From a virus (taxonomy: Duplodnaviria; Heunggongvirae; Uroviricota; Caudoviricetes): DNA of 64,000 bases. The first letter of the stretch is position 1. Every line of letters begins with the position of its first letter. The stretch lies in IMG/VR virus record IMGVR_UViG_2706794662_000007; one strand, written 5' to 3'. The translations under genes were made by a program, and so were the position numbers. Below the pieces are notes generated by a model. The model was not told the DNA's origin. It searched no databases and saw only the letters and a list, made by a program, of their open reading frames with translations. Positions 28,820-38,312 of this stretch are shown here, piece after piece.

Positions 28820-29244
28820 TAGAGATAAGCATCCAGTGACAACTGAAGCGCCTGGGCGATCTTTTTCAGCGCCTGCTCTTCTGGTTCATCAATGCCGTCT
28901 TGGTCGGCAATATCAAGGCACAGACAAAGTACATCTACTGCATCATCAGTCCCGGCCACATCCGCCAGCTCACGTAAAGCCTGGGCATTAGCACGGCGCG
29001 GTGAGGCTTCGTATTGAGCGCGGATATTGGCGCTCATCTGGGCTATCTCACCAGCAAAAGGAGAAAATGCAGGCAGAGCTGCAATTGTTTTCTCAAGAAT
29101 GGAAATTTCTTTTGCATCGCATGTACCGTTGGCATAGGAGATCATGTACCCACCCCACACGGTGGCTTCAACCGCATCACGGTTCTCCATTTTTTTGACT
29201 TCGATAACTGCTTTACGAGTTTTCTTTTTGAAGAAACCTAACAT
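28819..29244 (-). CDS. TerB-like domain protein (hypothetical)
   Basis: 141 aa, all-helical profile reminiscent of TerB; motif A at 29268-29284 upstream. Confidence 0.4.
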   Translation of the reverse strand: MLGFFKKKTRKAVIEVKKMENRDAVEATVWGGYMISYANGTCDAKEISILEKTIAALPAFSPFAGEIAQMSANIRAQYEASPRRANAQALRELADVAGTDDAVDVLCLCLDIADQDGIDEPEEQALKKIAQALQLSLDAYL

Positions 29245-29337
29245 GTGTTTTCCTTTTGTTATTGGTCAAAACAAGTTGTTTTCTAGTTAAATAAATTGCT
29301 TACGCAAAGACGGTCAATGCATATGCACTAACAACCG

Positions 29338-29526
29338 TCAGAAATAACCAAGTACCGAACCGACTGGAAAAATAAAAATCCCAACTACACGAGCCAAGGT
29401 CATGCCAGCCTGAAACTGGAGATCGCCAGAGCAAACAAGTTTTATAATGTTCGATACCCAACCGGCGGCCATGAGGGCAAGAATTGCCAGCCAAATTTTT
29501 CCAAAGTGATTTGAAAACCAGTTCAT
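29338..29526 (-). CDS. small membrane protein
   Basis: 62 aa, hydrophobic segments WLAILALMAAGWV and VVGIFIFPVGSVLGYF. Confidence 0.4.
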   Translation of the reverse strand: MNWFSNHFGKIWLAILALMAAGWVSNIIKLVCSGDLQFQAGMTLARVVGIFIFPVGSVLGYF

Positions 29527-29535
29527 ACAACCGCC

Positions 29536-30051
29536 TTAGTCACAGCATGATCCTGAGTAACTGGATGAACTTGAGGTATCGCATCCACCGTCATCCCATC
29601 CAGAGTGACAGGTCGCTCTACTGGAGTGGTGGTAATTGTCGTCGACGGAGGTGTGGTGATGGATGAATCCGGCATCAAAAGGCTCTGACCGGCTGGAACG
29701 GCTACCGTCGCCAGTGAAACTATAATGAGAACGTAGGCCATTGGTTTCAGCCTCTTTCTTTGAAAATTTTCCATTCGAACTGTCCTTGTTGTTTTTCTCC
29801 TTCACTAAAGGCCGTGCATTTTTCGCTTCGCGTGAAGAACCAGAGGCAACAATCGCCCACACGTTCGCAACAACTGACGCTTGATTATCTAAACGTTCAT
29901 TCAGCAACCGAACGGTAGTCTCTAGTTCATCAAGGCGTGACATAACACGACCGCTAAATAATTCGGCCAAAATTTGACGTAAAGAACGAGGACGTTTAGT
30001 TACAGAAGTGAAATAGGTTTGACGTGCCATGTGGACTCCATCCAGTGTCAT
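29536..30051 (-). CDS. hypothetical protein (3' end ambiguous; overlapping alternative frame 29523-29774)
   Basis: N-terminal part MARQTYFTSV... is plausible; C-terminal low-complexity tail is doubtful. Confidence 0.3.
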   Translation of the reverse strand: MTLDGVHMARQTYFTSVTKRPRSLRQILAELFSGRVMSRLDELETTVRLLNERLDNQASVVANVWAIVASGSSREAKNARPLVKEKNNKDSSNGKFSKKEAETNGLRSHYSFTGDGSRSSRSEPFDAGFIHHHTSVDDNYHHSSRATCHSGWDDGGCDTSSSSSYSGSCCD

Positions 30052-30175
30052 AAAGAGTTGCGGCTGGCAATCGCCAGCCGCCTTTCTCGTTCCATCCTGG
30101 AACTGTGTCTTACCGACACATTGTCATCCTGACGCCGATAAGATACATGATTTATAATGATAGGTAAACACTTAC

Positions 30176-30769
30176 TTACTGTTTGTTATAAACAAAACCA
30201 ATATCTTTCTTGTGAGGCATATCTGCTGCTGAAAAAGCTGCGATCTTCGCGAGTCGATCACATATTTCATTTTCACGATGCCCGGCGTGACCTTTAACCC
30301 ACTTCCAGCGAACATTATGTCGACTTGCGGCCTCATCCAGACGCTTCCACAGATCAACATTCTTTACCGGTTTTTTGTCAGAAGTCATCCATCCATTGCG
30401 TTTCCACCATTTCATCCACTGTGTCATGCCGTTTTTCAGATACTGGCTATCAGAGTGCAAAATAACGTTGCATGGATATTTCAAACGCTCCAGCCCGATA
30501 AGTGCCCCCATCATCTCCATGCGGTTATTGGTGGTGCTATGAAAACCATCTGAGAACTCGCGTTCCTCGCCACGATACTGGAGAACGATACCGTAACCGC
30601 CCGGGCCACCCGGATTTTTAAGGCAAGAGCCATCACTAAAGATTTTCACGGTTTTAAGCTGGGGATTGAACTCTACGACAGGCGTTGTGGGATTGGTGCG
30701 GGGAGAATTTTTGTTTTTGTCTTTTTTGCGAGTTTTTGCTTGCGGTCGGGCTGGTGTCTTCGTTGTCAT
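30176..30769 (-). CDS. rnhA: ribonuclease HI
   Basis: [19 protein letters not shown]...HSDSQY...[16 protein letters not shown] matches the RNase H fold catalytic pattern; start set to MTTKTPAR. Confidence 0.85.
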   Translation of the reverse strand: MTTKTPARPQAKTRKKDKNKNSPRTNPTTPVVEFNPQLKTVKIFSDGSCLKNPGGPGGYGIVLQYRGEEREFSDGFHSTTNNRMEMMGALIGLERLKYPCNVILHSDSQYLKNGMTQWMKWWKRNGWMTSDKKPVKNVDLWKRLDEAASRHNVRWKWVKGHAGHRENEICDRLAKIAAFSAADMPHKKDIGFVYNKQ

Positions 30770-31350
30770 ATAAACTCCTGAATCAAGCGCCGCGCCGATT
30801 TTTCCTCGCGCGTGCGCACACGCGTGCGTGTTAATAATTATTAAAATAAACAAATTACTTCCCAGAACAGGTTTTTATAAACCTGAACTGAACGAACGAA
30901 GTGAGTGAAGTTCACCTCGAACGAAGTGAGAGGTTGTCTTTTCAGGTAATACTCTCCCAGGGAGGTGAGTATAAAATTCCTCACCAACCTGGTCGTTTCA
31001 TAACCTGAAAAGCTATGGTCTAAGTCTACTGCCAGCTTAGACTTGGGAAGTTATGGATGACAGCACCCCAGAACCGAGATCTTCCCACACTTTATGAAGG
31101 GGAGTACTGGATTCAACCTCTCGAAACACCCCAGACTCGACAATCATAAAGTGACCCTTGTCTCCGCTCACTTTGGTTCCCCCTTCCCCGACACCTAAAC
31201 GGCACCGGTTCTACGCTGGTAGTGAGCTTTTTTAAACCTGACGCCAGTGACGCTTACCCCCACCCATCAGGTCGAGTCTCCAGTCTACGACTGGAAACTA
31301 TCAGATCTTAGCACTTACAATTCATCTTATGAATAGTTTGTACTTATCTA

Positions 31351-31581
31351 TCATTTCGATTGATTATTTTCTCGACCATGTAGTTGAACATTCAAGGCAA
31401 ACACCTCGTTGATCAACTCACCTAAAAGCTGTTCAACAAGTTCGCGATGCTCCCCAAGATGCAAGCACTTAATTGCCCACTCGTACAAGTTGAAAGCCTG
31501 CTCACGATCTTTCATCATTTCACGAGCCTGGGCCAGAAAATCGCTGTCTACGAGCGCAACGACATTAGTCGGGTATGACAT
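31351..31581 (-). CDS. hypothetical protein
   Basis: Start MSYPTNVV with AAGGA ribosome-binding site. Confidence 0.4.
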   Translation of the reverse strand: MSYPTNVVALVDSDFLAQAREMMKDREQAFNLYEWAIKCLHLGEHRELVEQLLGELINEVFALNVQLHGRENNQSK

Positions 31582-31689
31582 GTTGGTTTCCTTAAAGTGG
31601 TTCATAAAATCGATTTTAAAGCGTCTGGGAAGGGGGTCTAGTGGATTCTGTAGTGATGTTCAGGTCTGGAGTCTCTGATACAAAACAGC

Positions 31690-31746
31690 CTGCTTCCGTA
31701 TATTAATAATTAATATGTAGTTATTTATATATATACAGAAGCAGGC
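31690..31746. repeat. long nested inverted repeat element, copy 2
   Basis: cctgcttccgtatat...atatatacagaagcagg, same architecture as copy 1. Confidence 0.7.
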
Positions 31747-31768
31747 TAATTACAGACGCCAGAACAAA

Positions 31769-32362
31769 CTAAGCAGCCTTCTTTGATGGTCTTTTTTTCC
31801 TGATCACATTCGCAGGATCATACCCTCCCAGACTTTTCATGACGTCCAAAGGGATCTTGCTTATAGAGTGCCCAGCGTCCTGACAGAATCCTCGAAAAAC
31901 AACGAGCATACTGCCACCGGGGTTGATGTTTACTTCTACCTGACCCAAATTGACGTCAGGCTCGACAAACGCTACGCGGCCACCAGACAGAATAATCGTC
32001 TCATTCGCATACTCTGTTGCACGCTCATACCACTTTGTATCGAGGGATTGAGGAATTAGCATCACTGTAGTAACTCCGCGAGCCTGCTCACGTATAGCAG
32101 CATCAATCCAGGGGGAGATTTTGGAGTAGGGTGGATTGAGGAAGGCAATTGTACCTGGCTGTCCCCATTCAGATTTCAAAGCATCACGCTCAATGCCTAT
32201 GAAATTAGGCAGCTTTGCGTTGTCCTTGTTGCAGGCAACGTCAACATCAAATGTCACTCCAAGATAACGTTGAATGGCAGAAAACAGCCAATCAGGTGTT
32301 CTCCAGAGGTCACGAAGAGAGTTGTCGCGCTTTCGCTGTTTGATTTTTTCGGCTGCAATCAT
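31769..32362 (-). CDS. phage-type N6-adenine DNA methyltransferase (Dam-like)
   Basis: TPDWLF and NPPY motifs; about 197 aa typical of the phage Dam family. Confidence 0.75.
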   Translation of the reverse strand: MIAAEKIKQRKRDNSLRDLWRTPDWLFSAIQRYLGVTFDVDVACNKDNAKLPNFIGIERDALKSEWGQPGTIAFLNPPYSKISPWIDAAIREQARGVTTVMLIPQSLDTKWYERATEYANETIILSGGRVAFVEPDVNLGQVEVNINPGGSMLVVFRGFCQDAGHSISKIPLDVMKSLGGYDPANVIRKKRPSKKAA

Positions 32363-32544
32363 CTTCTTTCTCGATAGGTAAGTAAATACCTATTTTTGCA
32401 TTTGATTTTATGTATGGCAATCAAATAAAACGCGCCAGAAATGCGAACAAGAAGCTCTCTGGCGCGTTTTTTTGGTGCTGGGTATGGGTTATCTTACCCA
32501 GCACTATAAAGCTCTCTATGGGCTTTATTTTCAGTAGGGGAACG

Positions 32545-33354
32545 TCATCCAATAGTGTACTCCGCGACAAACTTCTTAACGATCGGTGATTCTTCGTTCA
32601 ATGTTAGATTTCCACCGTCTCTAACGGCAATTCCTGTAGCTGGAAATACAGCCATCATTTGCCCAGCCTGAGTTGACGCAGTGTTAAGCGGATACGGTTT
32701 TTCTGGATTGCTCATTAAAGCAATCTTAATACTATTACTTGTAGCCTTCTTTTCTGTAAGAAGGTGTCTCATGGAAATTACCGTGTAAACACTAATATCT
32801 GGACCTCCGCTAAACCAATTAAGAAGGTTTAATATCTTATCCTTCGCTTTGACAGGCGCGTTTTCGTAAGCGTCTAAGAAAATATCTTTTTCTAAGCCTG
32901 CTTTATTGAAAAACGAATCATCTTTATCACTTAAAGTAAAACTAGGACCTCTTGCAGCACGAGTTTTTTTATTTGTATTGCTATCATTTGACTGTTGAAC
33001 TTTTAATTCATCATTAACCTCAACACAATCTTCAACCTCAATGATCCCCAACTGTTCTGGCTCATTTTCGGCAGCTTCACCACTTTCAGCGTTAATTACG
33101 TTTATAGGCTCATGCGCTAACTCCAACTCATTTAAAGCAGAGCTGAAATCACCTGCTTTTTCTTCATTGAACAGTTCTTCGGCAACATCATCAGAACTCA
33201 TGGCTACGCCAGCATCGAGGCCGAGAAGCAGATCGTCAATATCATCAGTATTTTCAACCTGTGCAGCTTTTTTTACTGGTTCATCAAGTGATTGCAACAT
33301 GGCTGTCAGCTCATCCAGATCATCATTTGTCATTACATTTTCAACCGAACTCAT
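32545..33354 (-). CDS. hypothetical protein with highly acidic N-terminal half
   Basis: 269 aa; D/E-rich N-terminus. Confidence 0.5.
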   Translation of the reverse strand: MSSVENVMTNDDLDELTAMLQSLDEPVKKAAQVENTDDIDDLLLGLDAGVAMSSDDVAEELFNEEKAGDFSSALNELELAHEPINVINAESGEAAENEPEQLGIIEVEDCVEVNDELKVQQSNDSNTNKKTRAARGPSFTLSDKDDSFFNKAGLEKDIFLDAYENAPVKAKDKILNLLNWFSGGPDISVYTVISMRHLLTEKKATSNSIKIALMSNPEKPYPLNTASTQAGQMMAVFPATGIAVRDGGNLTLNEESPIVKKFVAEYTIG

Positions 33355-33514
33355 GTAAGTCTCCTTCTGTTTAGTTGCATTTGCGTTTCGATGGCTACAT
33401 TTTGACTAAACCTATCAGGCGGAAAAGTATTAAATACAGGCAGGAAATGATTGAAAGGCGACTGTTCTTTAAAAGAAAGCCTGCTTCAAACTCTCTTTAA
33501 AGCAGGCTTTTGTT

Positions 33515-34072
33515 TTACACAATTTCAGAGGGTAATTTAAAAAATCCGTATTTATTACGTGCCTTAAAGAAGCATTGCATCATTAAGTTTGTGTCATATA
33601 AGGCACTATGTGCTTTGGCATGATCGTATATAAAGCCAAGAGAGAAGGCCAATTCTTCAAGGCGAGGACGTTTACCGTCTTCTGTGGCCCACAATCCCGA
33701 TAACATAGTATCTATAACGGGAACGTCTGGCAGTCTTACTCCATACCCTGAAAACTCGTGTCTAATAAATGGTATATCAAACGCTTCGCCGTTATGAGCA
33801 ACCCACGCACTACATGCCTCCATATAAGCGCCAATTTCGCTAGCATGATTTGACAACAAAGGTTCAGCTGCGAGCTGTTCTAATGAAATGCCATGAACGG
33901 CTTGAGCTTTCGGATCTATGTTTCTGCGAGGGTTAAAACGCATCTCCAGACTATCAATATGTCTCTGTGTCTCCAGTTCATAGCGGGTAATTGCGATTTC
34001 AATAATTTTATGACCAGCAAGGAAATCCAGTCCCGTAGACTCGATATCGATGCCTGCAACAATCGTTGTCAT
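33515..34072 (-). CDS. DnaQ-like 3'-5' exonuclease (DEDDh)
   Basis: GIDIESTGL (Exo I), HNGEAFDIPF (Exo II), HSALYDT (Exo III). Confidence 0.8.
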   Translation of the reverse strand: MTTIVAGIDIESTGLDFLAGHKIIEIAITRYELETQRHIDSLEMRFNPRRNIDPKAQAVHGISLEQLAAEPLLSNHASEIGAYMEACSAWVAHNGEAFDIPFIRHEFSGYGVRLPDVPVIDTMLSGLWATEDGKRPRLEELAFSLGFIYDHAKAHSALYDTNLMMQCFFKARNKYGFFKLPSEIV

Positions 34073-34081
34073 CAGAACTCC

Positions 34082-34501
34082 TTACAACTTCTTAGCGCCC
34101 TTAAGTAGTGCGCTACGTACAAATTGAGCCGCTTTTTTCAAAGTTTCTTCACTGGTTTCACAGACAATCGGATCTTTCCACTTACCTGACGCAGTGTTGA
34201 GAATATTGATTTGGTTGCTATCCAGACAAACAGAGATATAAAGCACCGTGCCACCAGCCAGCATCAAATGCATAGGAAACAGAGGCTTTTTACTGTCTTC
34301 ACTGAACTGAGACATGGCGATGTTAATGGCTTCACCTACTTGTGCGCCAACAAGCCCCTGCGCAGTTTCGAATATGGCACGAATAGCCAGACGAGCCTCT
34401 CGATCGCTCATAAGCGACCGGGAATGTTCGTCCGCTACACGAATCAAAGCCTCTGTTGTTTTCCGATCCAGTTCATCTTCAAGCAACATTTCACTAAACA
34501 T
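34082..34501 (-). CDS. hypothetical protein
   Basis: 139 aa ORF. Confidence 0.45.
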   Translation of the reverse strand: MFSEMLLEDELDRKTTEALIRVADEHSRSLMSDREARLAIRAIFETAQGLVGAQVGEAINIAMSQFSEDSKKPLFPMHLMLAGGTVLYISVCLDSNQINILNTASGKWKDPIVCETSEETLKKAAQFVRSALLKGAKKL

Positions 34502-34562
34502 TTTTTATCCTTAACCCATTTTGAGAGTTTTATTGTCGCAATGTCGAAGAGGCGAACAATTT

Positions 34563-35207
34563 CTAATGAACGGTCACTCGACCACAGAACCGGTTTTCTA
34601 TCTTTTCTACAGCGTTATCTAGCATTCTCATCACTGATCTGGCTCTTGCTTCAACCGTGCGATATCGGTTGGAAACGACGAAGGTTTGCAGATCCCCCCT
34701 TTGCGGATGCAGGTGAATTTTTGTCAGTTCCCCGCACATCAACGCATCAATACGAGCGACATACAGACGGTCTAATGATGCTCGTTGTGATCGCAAGTAA
34801 TCTCGCTCTGAGAGAGCGACTCCCGGGCGTAGGCCAGCAATGGCGTTAAAGTTTGAAATAGCAGTTTTGTGGCAAAACTTTTCGATATCGAGGGCTAACT
34901 CAATACATCGATCTTCATTGGTATGGCCGACCAAATCCAACGTGTAGGCCATAACATCAGCAGGTGTGCGATCGATAACAAAGCCTTCAACACCACGCGT
35001 AAGTAGCTCTATATGCTTTGCGATTTCCATTTGAATCTGAAGCCGCTCATATAGAGGCATAGACTCACCTACTCGAACACCGAGTCGGCTCATCAAACTT
35101 CCGACACCAGCATCCACGTAAGGGATTCCGTAATGTTTGTCGATATATTTTGCCAGGGTTGTTTTCCCACTGCCCTGAGCACCAGTGATCCCAATCCGGT
35201 AATCCAT
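34563..35207 (-). CDS. P-loop nucleotide kinase-like protein
   Basis: Walker A GITGAQGSGKTT; sits within nucleotide-metabolism cluster. Confidence 0.5.
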   Translation of the reverse strand: MDYRIGITGAQGSGKTTLAKYIDKHYGIPYVDAGVGSLMSRLGVRVGESMPLYERLQIQMEIAKHIELLTRGVEGFVIDRTPADVMAYTLDLVGHTNEDRCIELALDIEKFCHKTAISNFNAIAGLRPGVALSERDYLRSQRASLDRLYVARIDALMCGELTKIHLHPQRGDLQTFVVSNRYRTVEARARSVMRMLDNAVEKIENRFCGRVTVH

Positions 35208-35683
35208 TACGACCTTCTGTATACGATCTGCGAAAAGCCAGGCTCTTCCTCGCTGGCTCGTTGGGTAAAAACTGTTTCAACAGGCACAAAGCCTAAATTA
35301 CGCATCATGCTTGCCGGGAAGAATGCATCGGCGTTTGGCACATCAACGCCGATGTGGGAGAGCCAAATCTCTTCAACATGCGGCATGAATAGCGAGTAAA
35401 TTTGTTCCCCGCCAATCACCCACACAGGCTCTGGTAATCGCAACACATCATCCACACCAGCAGGGTAGAATCCATTTGGTACAAAGCCATGAGAGCGCGT
35501 CAAAACGAGGTTATGACGCTCTGGAAGAGGGCGTTTGAGACTTTCCATCGTTTTACGCCCCATAACGACAGTGGCGTTTTTGGTGAGTCTCTTAAATAGC
35601 TTCAGATCGGTAGAACAACGCCAGGGCAGTTCGTTCGCTATGCCGATCTCATAGTTACGGCCAACAGCAGCTATCATCTTCAT
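35207..35683 (-). CDS. dihydrofolate reductase
   Basis: IAAVGRNYEIG...LPW...VVMGRKT...LPER...VIGG matches DHFR motifs. Confidence 0.85.
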   Translation of the reverse strand: MKMIAAVGRNYEIGIANELPWRCSTDLKLFKRLTKNATVVMGRKTMESLKRPLPERHNLVLTRSHGFVPNGFYPAGVDDVLRLPEPVWVIGGEQIYSLFMPHVEEIWLSHIGVDVPNADAFFPASMMRNLGFVPVETVFTQRASEEEPGFSQIVYRRS

Positions 35684-36093
35684 TTGCTCACCTCATAGAT
35701 GACCGGTCTATGATGAGAGTCAGCTAAAGCGGCACGGAGTCGAGGATCGTGCACCAGCGCAGCGATAAGCAGATCGCCTTTATGCTCCGCTAATGTGCGC
35801 TTAATATGCTTCTCATAACTGGTGCCATTCGGTACGAGATGAAGCCAGTCGTAATCAACGCCAAAATCTTTCAGCCATCGTTTAGTGGGCGCTTCAAGAG
35901 TTTCAGAGCGGCTACTGATAAGCACCACTTCAGCCCCTGAGCGAGCAAAACCACGCAACATACGGCTGGTGGGGAAAATGAGTTCATCACCGGCAATGAG
36001 CTGGCCTGCATCCGTGTCAGGTACAGATTTACGATGGCTGGTATTTGCCAGCACACCTTCAATTTCGCATAAGACATACATACCTCTTGCCAT
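35680..36093 (-). CDS. HAD-like (5'(3')-deoxyribonucleotidase-like) protein with non-canonical motif I
   Basis: MYVLCEIEGVLANT aligns to the HAD motif hhhDxDGVLAD but with C and E at the aspartate positions; start ATG 4 nt after thyA stop. Confidence 0.4.
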   Translation of the reverse strand: MARGMYVLCEIEGVLANTSHRKSVPDTDAGQLIAGDELIFPTSRMLRGFARSGAEVVLISSRSETLEAPTKRWLKDFGVDYDWLHLVPNGTSYEKHIKRTLAEHKGDLLIAALVHDPRLRAALADSHHRPVIYEVSK

Positions 36094-36094
36094 A

Positions 36095-37198
36095 TCACAC
36101 CGCCACTGGAACCTTGATCCACGGTAGAGGGTCATAGCCAAGAATCAGAATATCGTCCCATTTGAAATCATCCAGCTCAGACCATTCATGAGGGAAAATA
36201 ACGACCGGATCTGAATGCTCTGGAGCCTGTCGTTTCATTAGCTCACACACACCTTCCATGTGGTTGTTGTACAAATGCACGTCAAAGCCAAAATGCACAA
36301 ATGCACCGGCCATGTGACCCGTAATCTTCGCGAGAAAATGAGTGAGAATGCCATAGCCAGCAATATTGAATGGCATACCAACAAAAGTGTCTACGCTACG
36401 CTGTACGAGGCAGGAGTTGAGGATGCGTTTGGGGATTCCAAGTTCATCCAGTTCAGTTTCAGTAACACTGCCGTCCATCTCCAGATCGTATAGCATCTTG
36501 GTGTAGATAGACTCATAACCGAAGCGACTGTGTTGAAGACCAATGTCAGTTGCCATCGTTAAACGGGTTTCAAAATCAAGCTCACGACTCCACAAAGAGA
36601 AGACAAAGTGGCAAGGTGGCAGTTTCATATCCTCAAGCTCGCCTACGTTCCATGCGTTAAGCATGATGCGACGATCGGTAGGGTTCGTGCGCAGTGTGTC
36701 GACAATACGCTGTAGCTGATCGATTTCACGGGACAGCACTACGCGATCTTCACTGATACCCAGGTATCCCTCGACTTTGTACCCGCGTTCACGGAAAGTA
36801 GCGATCTTGCTCAGATATTCACTATGGCTCACGATGCGGGTATCTTCCCATCGACGCCACTGCTTACCGTAAACCGGCCCCAAATCGCCATTCTCATCGG
36901 CCCATGCATCCCAAATCTTAACGCCGTTATCCTTAAGAAATTGGATGTTGCCCGTGCCTTTCAGATACCACTCAAGTTCGACAAGCAGTGGCTTAAGATT
37001 TACCGCCTTTCCAGAAATAAGCGGCACAGTCCCACCAGTAAGCATGTAGTAAGAGGGAACGTAGCAGGTGCTTAAAGTACCAGTGCCTGTGCGATCATCA
37101 GTCTGCACGCCGCTTTTAAGCACCGTCTCAATAACTTTTGCATACGATGCGTTTGTTACCTGACCGTTCGTATGCTCACGATTCAAAAGGAGTGACAT
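36095..37198 (-). CDS. thyA: thymidylate synthase family protein (ThyA-like, with insertions)
   Basis: DRTGTGT, GPVYGKQWR, RRIMLNAWN, LPPCH, QRSVD, PFNIA, DVHLY, C-terminal IKVPVAV; 367 aa with an insertion of about 50 aa after the PCH motif. Confidence 0.85.
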   Translation of the reverse strand: MSLLLNREHTNGQVTNASYAKVIETVLKSGVQTDDRTGTGTLSTCYVPSYYMLTGGTVPLISGKAVNLKPLLVELEWYLKGTGNIQFLKDNGVKIWDAWADENGDLGPVYGKQWRRWEDTRIVSHSEYLSKIATFRERGYKVEGYLGISEDRVVLSREIDQLQRIVDTLRTNPTDRRIMLNAWNVGELEDMKLPPCHFVFSLWSRELDFETRLTMATDIGLQHSRFGYESIYTKMLYDLEMDGSVTETELDELGIPKRILNSCLVQRSVDTFVGMPFNIAGYGILTHFLAKITGHMAGAFVHFGFDVHLYNNHMEGVCELMKRQAPEHSDPVVIFPHEWSELDDFKWDDILILGYDPLPWIKVPVAV

Positions 37199-37279
37199 AA
37201 AACCTCACGAAGATAAGTAATCAATTATTTATCACGTGAGTTTACATTCATTGATAAAACAAGACCAGATAGATAAAAA

Positions 37280-37298
37280 ATGGTGGCCATAGGCCACC
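37280..37298 (-). terminator. terminator hairpin
   Basis: tggtggccataggccacca flanked by A/T runs. Confidence 0.5.
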
Positions 37299-37365
37299 AA
37301 AAAGAATAGTCGTTCCAGAGTTTTATACGCAAATCAAATATACATTAGTAGATAATCACCTACAA

Positions 37366-38235
37366 TTATTTTTTGATCATTCCGTACATTGCTGAGGCTT
37401 TAGCTTGCTCAACAAAGGAGGATAAATCGACATCACTATAGGTTGGAGACTTCAGAATCTTTCCATCGGAAATTCGAAAACCGATCATCTTATCGGTGCC
37501 ATCAGCATGGCGAAATCCCAGGTCTGAAGAGTCGTATTTGCAGTTGGCCACAGCCTGGCGACGTTCCTCTACATCAGCAGGCCATAATTTTGTCATGTTA
37601 GACCGATGAATTTCGCCAACCAGCTCGACTACATTGATACCGAGGAAATCAGCCAGTCGATAGGTCATCATGCACGCCACATAGATTTTGTTCATGACAC
37701 GGCGCAGTTCCTGAATCAGCTCAGAATCCTTAACAGTCTTGTTCTCAAGTTTATCTGCCAGCTCTTCGAGCATACATGACGCCTCACGAGCTTCCTGAAA
37801 TGGCATTGCCATATCATCGAAAACAGTGTTACCGGGCACAAAAATTGTCTGCATAAAGCGATCAATGCTCTGTTCCTGCGTGTAATAGGTCATGCCGGTA
37901 GAAATACCACCTTTGATGGCGACCATCGTACCAACACCAACGTATAAAAAGTCGGCCATTGCATCCAGCAGTTGCTCAATATCCCCATTCATTGCAGCTG
38001 GAATACCTTCCACTACAGCTTCTTCATGAATCAGGCTTGCACGGAGACGAAGCAGCTCTGGTGTCGGCATAACGCGTCTCGGATGCTGGAAGAGTTCATG
38101 AAACTGATCGACCATCTTGTAAATACTTTCAGTAGCTACACCATGACCTTCATGCAACTCATATGGTTCTGGCTTAAATCCAATGAGACGATCGGTGGCA
38201 AGTTTCAGGTGGTCAGTCAGTTTGGTAAAGTTCAT
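37366..38235 (-). CDS. hypothetical protein (possibly nucleotide metabolism)
   Basis: Start set to MNFTKLTDH; helical, with several ExxE-type acidic pairs; function not recognised. Confidence 0.45.
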   Translation of the reverse strand: MNFTKLTDHLKLATDRLIGFKPEPYELHEGHGVATESIYKMVDQFHELFQHPRRVMPTPELLRLRASLIHEEAVVEGIPAAMNGDIEQLLDAMADFLYVGVGTMVAIKGGISTGMTYYTQEQSIDRFMQTIFVPGNTVFDDMAMPFQEAREASCMLEELADKLENKTVKDSELIQELRRVMNKIYVACMMTYRLADFLGINVVELVGEIHRSNMTKLWPADVEERRQAVANCKYDSSDLGFRHADGTDKMIGFRISDGKILKSPTYSDVDLSSFVEQAKASAMYGMIKK

Positions 38236-38312
38236 GCTAGTTTTGTTCCTTCTTAATTCTTGTGATCCATTGTGGCCCAGCGTTGCCAGGTTACATAATG
38301 CTTTGTATCGGT

